A stretch of 40,118 nucleotides of DNA from Pseudomonadota bacterium (GTDB taxonomy: Bacteria > Pseudomonadota > Alphaproteobacteria > Micavibrionales > Micavibrionaceae). Made by a program: the position numbers and the translations under genes. The notes beneath the pieces are model-generated. The model was not told the DNA's origin. It saw nothing but the letters and a program-made list of their open reading frames with translations, and ran no database searches. Positions 22,004 to 30,846 of the stretch are shown here, one piece after another. How positions within the stretch are numbered: the stretch's first letter is position 1; every line of letters begins with the position of its first letter. The DNA is taken from NCBI GenBank assembly GCA_016198545.1, contig JACQIJ010000180.1:1-40118 (forward strand). The letters run 5' to 3'.

Positions 22004-24751
22004 ATGGCGATTCCCAAAAGCTTTGCGGGGACAATCGAGAATATTTTGGCCGGCATGTACATGGATGCCGTCCGGGAATCCGATCCCGGCGCTGCCGCGC
22101 TGCTGGAAAAAAGGGCGGAACTGCAAAAAGAACCGCGCAAAACGCAACGCCTGGATGCCTATATTTCTTTCTGGGAAGGGCTTGATGCCGCGCAGCAGAT
22201 GAAGCTGGCGGCGCACGACGCCAAACTCAATCTCGTCGCCCGCCGCGCCCGCATCATGTCAACGACTGAAATCGTGCGGGCGCATAATAGAATGGGCTTT
22301 GCGACTGCCGGATCCATCGATTACGTGCTGGGCCGGTTCCGCGAGGAAGGGGTGGCGGCGGCCCAGTTGCAGAAATTCATGGATGAAAACGCGGTCGCAT
22401 GGTTCAGCCTGACCGGGCATCCGACCAACCCGACGACGGTTGCCTATACAAAGGTGGAAAGGGACATGGCGCGCGTTCTGGCCGATCCGCGCGCAGGGAA
22501 GGAAGACATGATGGCGGCCTTGCGTGTTCTGCGCGATGTTCCGGTCGTCGGTCCGCGCAAGACGCCGCTGCAGGAAGCGGAAGAGACACTGAATACGCTG
22601 GATATAATTTTCGATTCCGCCCCGGATCATAAAAAACTGTTTGAGGATGCGCTTGAAAAGCATGGCTATGCGGATCGGGGCGTAGGCGTCCGTACGCCTT
22701 TGGCGCGTCCTTGCGCATGGACTCTGGGCGACGGGGACGGCAACGACTCCATGACGGCGGATGTTCTGAGGGAAGGCATCGCCCTGCACCGCGCGCGCAT
22801 CGCCGCGCGGTACAAGGATGCGGATGAAGGCGATCTCCCTTATCTGAAATCATGTTTCGGCGACGGGTTCGGTACGATAGATCTGCGCCACAATGCGGCG
22901 GATATCGTGGCTTCTGCGGCCCGGGTTCTCGATGGTTCCGGAGTTATGGATGAAAAACGCTTTTTGTCGCTGCCGGCGGAGCAGCAGACGGCGGCCCTGA
23001 CCGCGTGGCTTGAGGACGGCGACGCGACGCAGGCCATGAAACGCGCCGCGTCGGACATTGTTTCCGCCCGCGGCGACAGAGTTCTGGAAAGGCTTGCTGT
23101 CATAAGCGAAAATCCCGATATGTGCGAAAAGCTGATCGTCGCGGAAACGACCCATGCCGCGCAGGCTCTGGCTGCTCTTGTGTTGCTGCGCGCGACGGGA
23201 AACCGAACGGCATGCGAAGGCGCAAAAGTCGATATCGTCATCCTTTCCGAATCCGTAGCCGATCTGGCCCGCATCGGCGGCGTGGTCGAATCCCTGCTCG
23301 ATAACAAGGCATTCCGCGCGCATGCCGCCGCGCGCGGGCGTTATCTGGCGATGATTGCCAAGAGCGACACGACGCGGCAGGACGGGCGCGGCGAAGCGGA
23401 ATTCGCCCAGTATGAGGCTGCCGTCGATATATACCGCGCCGCCGACAGGATGAAGAACAGGCATCCCGAGCTGGCGCGCGTTCTGGTATCCGTCAAAAAC
23501 GGCGGCGGGCACGCCTTGCAGCGCGGCGGCGGGCGCGTCACCGAAACGCCGGCTCTGCACGGCAAGGCGGCAGCGGATGCGCGCGTGACGGATATGGGCC
23601 CGTCGACCCTGACGATACAAGGCCAGCAGCAGGGAATTTTATTTACACCGGGCGGCACGGCTCTGGGAACGCTTGAGGCGCTGGCGGCGCAAAACCTTTA
23701 TTCGAAGGCCGGCATACAAGGAGAAATGCCGCCGCCCATTCCATCGAAAACCATGAACCGGCAATATGCGCGCGCGGATGCATGCCTGTATGCAAAGAGG
23801 GCAGGCGCGGCCTTTGAGGCGATCGCGCTTGAAAATGCGGCTGTAGACGATCTTCTGGTCAATGCGCCGTGGCTGTCGATGAAAGCCGGCAACGCAAGCT
23901 CCCGCCCCGCAAGACGCGGGGAGGCGCCGGTTGAGCCGGGCATCACGCCGCGCGCGGCAAAAGGCGATAATCCGCGCGCGCTGCAGGGCCGCGCCATATC
24001 GGGCGAACGTCTGACGGCGCATGCCTGTCTGCCGGTGTTCGCCGTTCTGGGCCTGGCCGAGGCGATGGATGCCGTGCGCCGGGAGGGTCATGCGCGAATC
24101 AATCTGGAAAAGTACGGCGATCCGCTTCATCATCTGTATCGCGCGCACAAGATCCATCGCGACGGCGCGCGCGCCACGATCAGCGCCGCCGCGATGGCGG
24201 ATTTTGACATTGCATGGCCTCTTCTTGCGGGATGTCCGCGCCCGTCCCGCAGGAAAATGGAGGATCTGGCGTCCCGGTTCAAGCTGGATTCCGGGCGGGG
24301 CGGAAATACGCCCGCCGTCACGATGGCGTTTCTGGAGGAATATTTTCTGAAGGTTGAAAAATTGACTTACGAAATGATAACAGGGCATCCGCCGAAAAAG
24401 AATTTCCCGCATGGCGAGGCGTTGCGGAAACTCTGGCCCGATCTTGCCGCGCAGGTGGAGGATCGCAATAAGCGTGCGGAGTTTGCGCGCGTCATAGAAT
24501 GCCGCCGAACGCGGCAGTTTGATCGGAACCCGGACGGTCCGCTGGACGAAACGCAGTTCCGGATTACGCAGGCGCTTTATGCGGCCGCCAATGTTATCGG
24601 CGCGCCTGTGGGGATTCTGGCGACCCTGACGCGGCTGGAGCCCGTGCATGAAGTCGGAAAGACGGGGAAAACAAGATTTATGAGGCCGAAAAGCTACAGT
24701 GAGGAAAGCATCGCCGGGCTGCTGAAAATACCGTCCGCGCTGGGCGGTTAG
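22004..24751 (+). CDS. ppc: Phosphoenolpyruvate carboxylase, divergent member
   Basis: 915 aa, which is PEPC size. SLTGHPTNPT corresponds to TAHPTE, MIAKSDTTRQDG to GYSDS.KD.G, and GGGHALQRGGG to GRGGS.GRGG. The C-terminal residue is Gly. The motifs are recognisable but unusually altered. Confidence 0.7.
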   Translation: MAIPKSFAGTIENILAGMYMDAVRESDPGAAALLEKRAELQKEPRKTQRLDAYISFWEGLDAAQQMKLAAHDAKLNLVARRARIMSTTEIVRAHNRMGFATAGSIDYVLGRFREEGVAAAQLQKFMDENAVAWFSLTGHPTNPTTVAYTKVERDMARVLADPRAGKEDMMAALRVLRDVPVVGPRKTPLQEAEETLNTLDIIFDSAPDHKKLFEDALEKHGYADRGVGVRTPLARPCAWTLGDGDGNDSMTADVLREGIALHRARIAARYKDADEGDLPYLKSCFGDGFGTIDLRHNAADIVASAARVLDGSGVMDEKRFLSLPAEQQTAALTAWLEDGDATQAMKRAASDIVSARGDRVLERLAVISENPDMCEKLIVAETTHAAQALAALVLLRATGNRTACEGAKVDIVILSESVADLARIGGVVESLLDNKAFRAHAAARGRYLAMIAKSDTTRQDGRGEAEFAQYEAAVDIYRAADRMKNRHPELARVLVSVKNGGGHALQRGGGRVTETPALHGKAAADARVTDMGPSTLTIQGQQQGILFTPGGTALGTLEALAAQNLYSKAGIQGEMPPPIPSKTMNRQYARADACLYAKRAGAAFEAIALENAAVDDLLVNAPWLSMKAGNASSRPARRGEAPVEPGITPRAAKGDNPRALQGRAISGERLTAHACLPVFAVLGLAEAMDAVRREGHARINLEKYGDPLHHLYRAHKIHRDGARATISAAAMADFDIAWPLLAGCPRPSRRKMEDLASRFKLDSGRGGNTPAVTMAFLEEYFLKVEKLTYEMITGHPPKKNFPHGEALRKLWPDLAAQVEDRNKRAEFARVIECRRTRQFDRNPDGPLDETQFRITQALYAAANVIGAPVGILATLTRLEPVHEVGKTGKTRFMRPKSYSEESIAGLLKIPSALGG

Positions 24752-24785
24752 ACACGGTCGCGCGCTCCGTGCTATCATTTGCGCA

Positions 24786-25433
24786 ATGAAGCGCGGTTAC
24801 AAAAAACGCGTGGCGTTCGGGACCGGTCTGGGCCTTGATGCCGAAGTCGCGGCCGTTATGGCGGGACTCGATACGCCGCACAAGATACAGGATTATGTTT
24901 CTTCTCTCGGGATGAATTACGAGGAGGGAGGAGACACGTGCCGGTCGGCGGCCTGCGCGATCCAAAGCGGCGTGGCGCATTGCATCGAGGGGGCGTTCAT
25001 ATCCGCTGCAGCGCTGTGGATGGGCGGATCGCCGCCGCTGCTGATGGACATGCAGGCATCCGAGGACGATGACGACCATGTCATCGCGCTGTTTCGCTCC
25101 CACGGATGCTGGGGCGCGATTTCAAAAAGCAATCATGTATGGCTGCGCTGGCGCGACCCGGTTTACCGCACGCTGCGCGAACTGGCGATGTCCTATTTCC
25201 ATGAATACGCGAATGAAGGGAAAAAAACGCTGCGCACCTATTCGGCGTCATTCGATCTGCGCCGTTTCCCGAATGAAACGTGGGTGACGAACCAAAACGA
25301 CTGCTGGGATGTGGCGCAAGCCCTTGACGATGGTCGGCATTATCATTTGCTGACGCCGGCGCAAAGCCGCATTCTCCGCCAGCGCGACCGGATGGAGATG
25401 AAGGCGGATAAATTGCTGCAATACACCGATTAA
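24786..25433 (+). CDS. Conserved hypothetical protein, possible papain/transglutaminase-like cysteine-peptidase fold
   Basis: ..GVAHCIEGAFISAAALW...DDDDHVIALFRSHGCWGAISKSNHVWLRWRDPVYRTLRELAMSYFHEY.. A Cys in a helix-start context followed by DHV suggests a Cys/His(/Asp) arrangement. The fold assignment is a guess from the motif pattern. Confidence 0.6.
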   Translation: MKRGYKKRVAFGTGLGLDAEVAAVMAGLDTPHKIQDYVSSLGMNYEEGGDTCRSAACAIQSGVAHCIEGAFISAAALWMGGSPPLLMDMQASEDDDDHVIALFRSHGCWGAISKSNHVWLRWRDPVYRTLRELAMSYFHEYANEGKKTLRTYSASFDLRRFPNETWVTNQNDCWDVAQALDDGRHYHLLTPAQSRILRQRDRMEMKADKLLQYTD

Positions 25434-26317
25434 AGCGAGGATATAAGAAGGCCTGCGGCAACGCATATAATAGCCTGCACCGCCCCGACGGCGATATTTT
25501 TTTGCGCCAGGACTTCACGGTTCGCATCGGCACGGAACAGGATGATGCGGTCGGCGGCAAGGCACAGGGCTTTCCATGCGAAAAGGACAATGACGGACGC
25601 TCCTAGCCAGGACGCAAGAATCGAAACCATTTCATACTCTTCATAAACGACCATGCGCGCCGCAGTCGCCAGCGCGAACGCCGCGCCGACTTTCTGGCCC
25701 GCAAAGCGAAGCGCCAGCGCGGCATTGCCGTTTTTCAACTCTTCCTGCAGGCGGCTGCCCTTGTTCAGAAGGCCGAACATCTTAAGCTGGGCAAGCGTCA
25801 TGGCCGTCAGGACGGCTTGCGAAATGGCCCATCCGGCGAGAAGAAAAGCGATTCCTTCCACGGAATTGACCATGACCCAGATCATGATGGCGCGGATGAT
25901 GATGGCTGCCGCCAGAACGTTTCCGGCATCTGCGATGGCGACGGCTATGTTTCCGCGCACGATTTCATCCCGCAGGGAAATTGTGCTCACTGTCACTTTA
26001 TCGAAGATGATGCGCGTCATTGCCATCAGGGCTATGCCGATAATGCCGAACAGGCCGACGGCCTTTATGGAATAAAAGGCATCGTTTTCAGGGCTGCCGT
26101 AAATCGTGCCGCTCAGCATTACGGCCACGGCGAACATGGCCGCAGCCAGGGAAATGCCGAAGGCGGGATTGTCTTTTTTGAGCAGTTCATGGGAAGGATT
26201 TATATGTGCGATGATGCCTGAGCAAAAACGCATCGCCGTGAACAGGCCGATGACGATCAGAAGATTGAACAGTAAAATCGCATTGTAATAATGATCCCAG
26301 TATATGGCGTCGAGCAT
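25430..26317 (-). CDS. Polytopic membrane protein built from DUF350-like repeats
   Basis: 295 aa with about 8 hydrophobic helices. The repeated pattern ..LLKKDNPAFGISLAAAMFAVAVMLSG.. / ..IVRGNIAVAIADAGNVLAAAIII.. / ..LKNGNAALALRFAGQKVGAAFAL.. / ..LAQKNIAVGAVQAIICVAAGLLI resembles tandem DUF350 units. Confidence 0.7.
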   Translation of the reverse strand: MLDAIYWDHYYNAILLFNLLIVIGLFTAMRFCSGIIAHINPSHELLKKDNPAFGISLAAAMFAVAVMLSGTIYGSPENDAFYSIKAVGLFGIIGIALMAMTRIIFDKVTVSTISLRDEIVRGNIAVAIADAGNVLAAAIIIRAIMIWVMVNSVEGIAFLLAGWAISQAVLTAMTLAQLKMFGLLNKGSRLQEELKNGNAALALRFAGQKVGAAFALATAARMVVYEEYEMVSILASWLGASVIVLFAWKALCLAADRIILFRADANREVLAQKNIAVGAVQAIICVAAGLLISSL

Positions 26318-26383
26318 GTTTATCCTTCCCGAAGAGTCGTTTATACGGATCGATTATCGCCCTAAACGGGGAAAAGGGAAATA

Positions 26384-27703
26384 TCAATTAATGGCCGGCA
26401 GGGTCACCGAAAATTTCACTCCCTTCCCTCCGGGGTTGTCCGATACTTCCATTCTTGCGCCTGTCTGCGCCGCGATGTCCTTGACGATGGCAAGACCCAG
26501 CCCCGATCCCGTTTTTCCGGTTCCCGGCAGACGGTAAAACCGCTCGAAAACCTTTTCGCGCATTTCGGGGGGTATGCCGGGGCCGGTGTCCGTCACATCA
26601 AGCTTTGCCGTAAGGGCGTCCTTTGACAGGGTAACGGACACATTTCCGCCTGCGGGCGTGTATTTCAGCGCGTTATCTATGATGTTTGCGGCCATCGAAT
26701 GCAGCCGTTCGTTATCGGCCAAAACATAAACGCCGCCCTGTATGGCGGATGCGATTTTTATATTTTCCTTCTCCGCCGCGACGGAAAATCCGGATAGAAT
26801 ATCCCGGACAATATCGGAAAGATTGCAAGCCATGCTTGCGTCCGGCGCGGAAGGCGCTGCGCTTCTCGAGGCGGCCAGCATCTGGTGAACAAGGCGCGCC
26901 GCGCGGTCGATGCCGTTCTCAAGGGTTTTCGCGGCATCCGCTTTATCCTGTTCCGATTTTGCTTTTTTAAGCACGTCTATCTGAAGCTGCAGGGCGGTTA
27001 AGGGCGTGCGCAATTCATGCGCCGCATCGGCCGTAAACCGCCGCTGGGCTTCAAGAGCCCTGTCAAGGCGCAGCAAAAGATCGTTAAGCGCATGGATGAT
27101 AGGTTGTATCTCGGCCGGGACGCGGTCCATGATGATGGGCTCGATGTGTCCTATCCTGCGCCCGGCAATCTCGGCGGACAGCGCGTTCAAAGGCGCAAGG
27201 TTTTTTCCGATCAGGAACCAGGCGCCGCAGCAAAGAATAAAAAACAGGGCAAGGAAGGGCAGCAGAGCCCGTAAAATGTTTTCCTCGACGACATCTTTCG
27301 CCATTGCCGAGGGCCTGGATATCTGTATGAATCCGCCGTTTCCTTCCCTTACGGTATATGTCTGCCACCATCGCCCGTTCGCCTCGGACGCGCCGTCGCG
27401 CAGTTTTCTGTTAAGGGGGATCGGCGCCGTTTCGGGAACGGAATGAAGGAGATTCCCGCCGGCATCCCATATCTGCAAAACAAGCTGTTCATTGGGATCC
27501 TTCATCGCGGCCGCAGGGGGATAGGGGCGCCCGTCGGTAAAATTGGCGTTCCCGAACAGCTCGGCGGTTTCGCGCATGCTGTTTTCAAAAATTTCCTTCA
27601 ATTCATGCTGCGTCTGGAAATAAACGTAAGTCATCGCCCCGGCGATCGATATCAGGAAGGCGGATATGAGGGATACAAGAAGCCTGCGGCGCACGGACGT
27701 CAT
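26384..27703 (-). CDS. Sensor histidine kinase (periplasmic loop, HAMP-like region, HisKA, HATPase_c)
   Basis: Two TM segments flank a ~125-aa loop. H-box FTADAAHELRTPLTAL. N/G boxes DNALKYTP, DTGPGIPPE..VFERFYR and GSGLGLAIV. 4-nt overlap with the upstream regulator gene. Confidence 0.9.
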   Translation of the reverse strand: MTSVRRRLLVSLISAFLISIAGAMTYVYFQTQHELKEIFENSMRETAELFGNANFTDGRPYPPAAAMKDPNEQLVLQIWDAGGNLLHSVPETAPIPLNRKLRDGASEANGRWWQTYTVREGNGGFIQISRPSAMAKDVVEENILRALLPFLALFFILCCGAWFLIGKNLAPLNALSAEIAGRRIGHIEPIIMDRVPAEIQPIIHALNDLLLRLDRALEAQRRFTADAAHELRTPLTALQLQIDVLKKAKSEQDKADAAKTLENGIDRAARLVHQMLAASRSAAPSAPDASMACNLSDIVRDILSGFSVAAEKENIKIASAIQGGVYVLADNERLHSMAANIIDNALKYTPAGGNVSVTLSKDALTAKLDVTDTGPGIPPEMREKVFERFYRLPGTGKTGSGLGLAIVKDIAAQTGARMEVSDNPGGKGVKFSVTLPAIN

Positions 27704-28362
27704 GATTTTTCTCCGGCCGCGTACCCCACTCCGCGGATATTCCGGATGGCGTCATGGCCCAGTTTTTTTCTTATCTGGTGTATATGATATTCGACGGCGT
27801 TGCTTTCGATCTCGTCGTCCCACCCGTATATTTTACTTTCAAGCTGCTGCCGCGACAAAACGGCGCCCGGCTTTTCCATCAGCGCGTAAAGGAGCGCATA
27901 CTCCCTGGCGGAAAGGGAAAAGGATTTATTGCCGCGCATGCAGGTTTTGGCGACGGGGTCGAGCGTCAGGCCGCCGGAGGAAAGCATGGGCGCAGCCCTT
28001 TTTTCATGATGGCGCAGCGCGGCGCGTATCCGCGCCTCCAGCTCCTCGAAATGAAAGGGTTTCAGGATATAGTCGTCGGCGCCGCTGTCCAGGCCTTTGA
28101 CGCGGTCGTCGAGCGCATCGCGCGCCGTTATGAGCAGGACGGGAATGTCATTCCCCTTTTCGCGCAGCCAGCGCAGCAGGTCGATTCCCGGCTCGTCCGG
28201 CAGGCCCAGATCAAGAAGCAGAAGCCCGTAATCGTTTTGCAGCAGGCTTTCGCGCCCGTCCGCGCAGTTTTTTACCCAGTCGACGGCGTACCCGTCCAGT
28301 TTCAGAACCCGGACAAGGTTCTCGCCTATCATCGCGTCGTCTTCTACCAGTAAAAATCTCAT
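27700..28362 (-). CDS. OmpR/PhoB-family response regulator (canonical receiver)
   Basis: MRFLLVEDD..., LLLLDLGLPD, VLLITARD, DDYILKPF, and the C-terminal wHTH ..LSAREYALLYALMEKPGAVLSRQQLESKIYGWDDEIESNAVEYHIHQIRKKLG. Confidence 0.92.
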   Translation of the reverse strand: MRFLLVEDDAMIGENLVRVLKLDGYAVDWVKNCADGRESLLQNDYGLLLLDLGLPDEPGIDLLRWLREKGNDIPVLLITARDALDDRVKGLDSGADDYILKPFHFEELEARIRAALRHHEKRAAPMLSSGGLTLDPVAKTCMRGNKSFSLSAREYALLYALMEKPGAVLSRQQLESKIYGWDDEIESNAVEYHIHQIRKKLGHDAIRNIRGVGYAAGEKS

Positions 28363-28364
28363 TT

Positions 28365-28379
28365 ATTACAGTATATTAC
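28365..28379. promoter_or_regulatory. Direct repeat ATTAC-N5-ATTAC between the response regulator gene and the glycosyltransferase operon
   Basis: ttATTACagtatATTACgg with 10-bp phasing lies about 47-76 nt upstream of the candidate GT2 start codons. The geometry resembles PmrA/PhoB-type boxes. The call is positional inference only. Confidence 0.3.
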
Positions 28380-28425
28380 GGTCCATAAGCTTCACCTAAT
28401 CCGTCTTCCCCCACAATCGCCATCA

Positions 28426-29163
28426 ATGAAGGGGACGCCCATGATGATGTCAATCGTTATTCCTGTCAAAAACGAACGGGAGAATATAGCTCCGCTTCTG
28501 TCGGAACTGGCGGCGCTTGCGGAAAAAATCCCGGTCGGCGAGGTTTTGTATATCGACGATGGCAGCACGGACGGTACGCTGGATATGCTGAAAGATCTGC
28601 GCGCAAAGCATTCTTTTTTGCGGGTTATAAGCCATGACCGCTCGGCGGGACAGTCGGCGGCCCTGTGGACGGGCGTGAGGGCCGCGGGAAACGACCTGAT
28701 CGCCACGCTGGACGGCGACGGGCAGAATGCCCCAGCGGATATAGAGATGCTTTATGCCCGCTATAAAAGCGAACTGCCGCGGAACGCGCCGCTGATGGTC
28801 GCAGGGCAGAGGATGAAACGGCGCGACAATGCGGTGCGCAGGATATCCTCGAGGCTTGCCAACGGAATACGGTCTTTTGCCCTGAAAGACGGCACGCGCG
28901 ATACGGGGTGCAGCCTGAAGATTTTCCGGAGGCAGGATTACCTGAAGCTGCCGTACTTTGATCATATGCACCGTTTCCTGCCGGCCCTGATGGCGCGGCA
29001 GGGGGTTGCAATCGCGCATGTCGGCGTTTCACACAGGTCGCGGGCGCATGGCGCATCGAAATATGGATTTTGGGACAGGCTGTGGGTTGGGATATCGGAT
29101 CTGCTGGGCGTCATGTGGCTGCAGCGCCGCGCGTATCCGTCCGTCGTCGCTCTTGAGGAGTAA
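28426..29163 (+). CDS. GT2-family polyprenyl-phosphate glycosyltransferase (ArnC/DPM1-like)
   Basis: SIVIPVKNERENI..., YIDDGSTDGT, DGDGQN and ..GQRMKRRD.. are the ArnC-like GT-A signatures. The true start may be one of the ATGs at 28441-28447, which are preceded by AAGGGGA. Confidence 0.85.
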   Translation: MKGTPMMMSIVIPVKNERENIAPLLSELAALAEKIPVGEVLYIDDGSTDGTLDMLKDLRAKHSFLRVISHDRSAGQSAALWTGVRAAGNDLIATLDGDGQNAPADIEMLYARYKSELPRNAPLMVAGQRMKRRDNAVRRISSRLANGIRSFALKDGTRDTGCSLKIFRRQDYLKLPYFDHMHRFLPALMARQGVAIAHVGVSHRSRAHGASKYGFWDRLWVGISDLLGVMWLQRRAYPSVVALEE

Positions 29164-29165
29164 CC

Positions 29166-29450
29166 ATGTTTGAATCAAATGCGGAAATGATCTGGCTGGC
29201 TATAGGATTTGCGGGGCAGGGCTTGTTTTTCATGCGCTTTTTTGTGCAATGGATCGTATCGGAAAAAGAAAAGCGCAGCGTCATCCCCACAGTCTTCTGG
29301 TATTTCAGCCTTGCGGGCGGCATGACGCTTTTCGCTTACGCCATCTGGCGGCATGACCCCGTTTTTATCGTCGGGCAGGGCGCGGGCTTATTTATATACA
29401 CGCGCAATCTTATGCTCCTGAGACAGGAAAAAAGCAGGACGCATGCCTGA
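29166..29450 (+). CDS. Small membrane protein with a lipid-A-biosynthesis N-terminal (LAB_N-type) domain
   Basis: 94 aa with 3 TM helices. ..GFAGQGLFFMRFFVQWIVSEKEKRSVIPTVFWYFSLAGGMTLFAYAIWRHDPVFIVGQ.. matches the conserved FF.RF..QW..SE..k.S..P..FW..S..G core of that domain. Confidence 0.75.
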   Translation: MFESNAEMIWLAIGFAGQGLFFMRFFVQWIVSEKEKRSVIPTVFWYFSLAGGMTLFAYAIWRHDPVFIVGQGAGLFIYTRNLMLLRQEKSRTHA

Positions 29451-30846
29451 TTTAAAAGCATTTATGGCGCGGCATGCTTTTGTTCCGGCCCTGCTTTTCA
29501 CTCTTTATGCCGCCGCCGTTTTCTTCAGGCCGCTTCTTCCGGTCGATGAAACGCGGTATTTGAGCGTGGCATGGGAAATGTTTTTGCGCGGCGACTGGGG
29601 GGCGTCGCTGACGGTCAACTTCGAGCCGTATCATCACAAGCCGCCGCTGCTTTTCTGGCTTATCAATATATCGTGGTCCATTTTCGGCGTCAGCCGCTGG
29701 GCGGCGGCGATTCCGCCGGTTCTTTCCTCCCTGGGTTGCGTTTACCTGACGGCGGCGCTGGCCGGAAAACTGGATCCGGAATTGCGCAAAAACGCGCCTT
29801 ATATAATGGCCGGAAGTCTACCGTTCATCATATACGGTACGCTCATCATGTTCGATTTGACGCTGACGGTTTTCGTTCTTTTCACGTTGCTGTGTCTTCT
29901 CGAATATGCGGAAAAGGGAAAGTTTAAATATATAATTTTAGCGGGGTTCTTTCTGGGCGCGGGGGTTCTGACGAAAGGGCCGGTTGCCTATCTGTACGTG
30001 ATTTTTCCGGTTCTGGCCGGGCCTTTGTGGGCGGCGGGCATCATCAGCCGGAAAAAATGGTATGGCGGGTGCGCTCTTGCATTCTTATTGTCCGTTCTCC
30101 CGGTTTTGCTCTGGCTTGTCCCTGTTTTGCAGGATTCAAGCCGGGAATTCGGTTTCTGGCTTGTCTGGGAGCAGACGGCGGGGCGCATCAGCGGATCGTA
30201 CGGGGAGGCGCACACGCGCCCGTTTTATTTTTATCTGCCGCTCATTCCACTGATGTTCGCGCCGTGGATTTTTATACCCCGGTTCTGGAAGGAATTGCGG
30301 GCATTGAAGGCCGGGGTTTTGCGGAAGAAGGAATTCAGATTTGTCCTGTGCTGGGCGGTTCCCGTTTTTGTTGCTTTTTCCTTCATAGGCGGTAAGCAGC
30401 CGCACTACCTCGTACCGCTTTTGCCGGCCGCGGTTATTCTGATTGCGGCGATTCTGAAGGATGCGCCTGTTGCAACGATACGCAATGTCATGCTGATCAT
30501 GGTTTTCGTTTTTGTGGCGGGGCATGCCGCGGCCGCGCGGACATATTTCCCGTCATACGATTTGCGCCCGTTCGCGGCTTATGTTCAGAATCATGACGAT
30601 ATTCCGTGGGCATTCGTCAGGAACTATCAGGGGGAAATCACGTTTCTTGCGCGCCTGCGCGCGCCTGTCGCCAGCCTGGAAAGAAATCAGGTGAACGACT
30701 GGCTTGCCGGTCATCCCGGCGGAATGGTTATGATCCGTTACAAAAATGCGGAAGAAGTATCCGTATATAAAATGCATTTCTCCGCACCCTATCGCAGCAA
30801 GCGGATGGGCATTTTTTCGGCAGCTGAGCCTGGCTCAGGAATATAA
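29443..30846 (+). CDS. GT39/GT83-type (ArnT/PMT-like) membrane glycosyltransferase
   Basis: 467 aa, polytopic. The first periplasmic loop PVDETRYLSVAWEM... and ..HHKPPLLFWL.. are the ArnT-like catalytic-loop signatures. 8-nt overlap with the preceding gene. Confidence 0.85.
   Translation: MPDLKAFMARHAFVPALLFTLYAAAVFFRPLLPVDETRYLSVAWEMFLRGDWGASLTVNFEPYHHKPPLLFWLINISWSIFGVSRWAAAIPPVLSSLGCVYLTAALAGKLDPELRKNAPYIMAGSLPFIIYGTLIMFDLTLTVFVLFTLLCLLEYAEKGKFKYIILAGFFLGAGVLTKGPVAYLYVIFPVLAGPLWAAGIISRKKWYGGCALAFLLSVLPVLLWLVPVLQDSSREFGFWLVWEQTAGRISGSYGEAHTRPFYFYLPLIPLMFAPWIFIPRFWKELRALKAGVLRKKEFRFVLCWAVPVFVAFSFIGGKQPHYLVPLLPAAVILIAAILKDAPVATIRNVMLIMVFVFVAGHAAAARTYFPSYDLRPFAAYVQNHDDIPWAFVRNYQGEITFLARLRAPVASLERNQVNDWLAGHPGGMVMIRYKNAEEVSVYKMHFSAPYRSKRMGIFSAAEPGSGI

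Noticed and set aside
23639-24778. 379-aa ORF antisense to the 3' third of ppc (and other ORFs at 22259-23658 on the minus strand)
   Set aside because: Arg/Pro/Gly-rich low-information translations with no motifs or RBS. They lie fully inside a gene with recognisable PEPC blocks.
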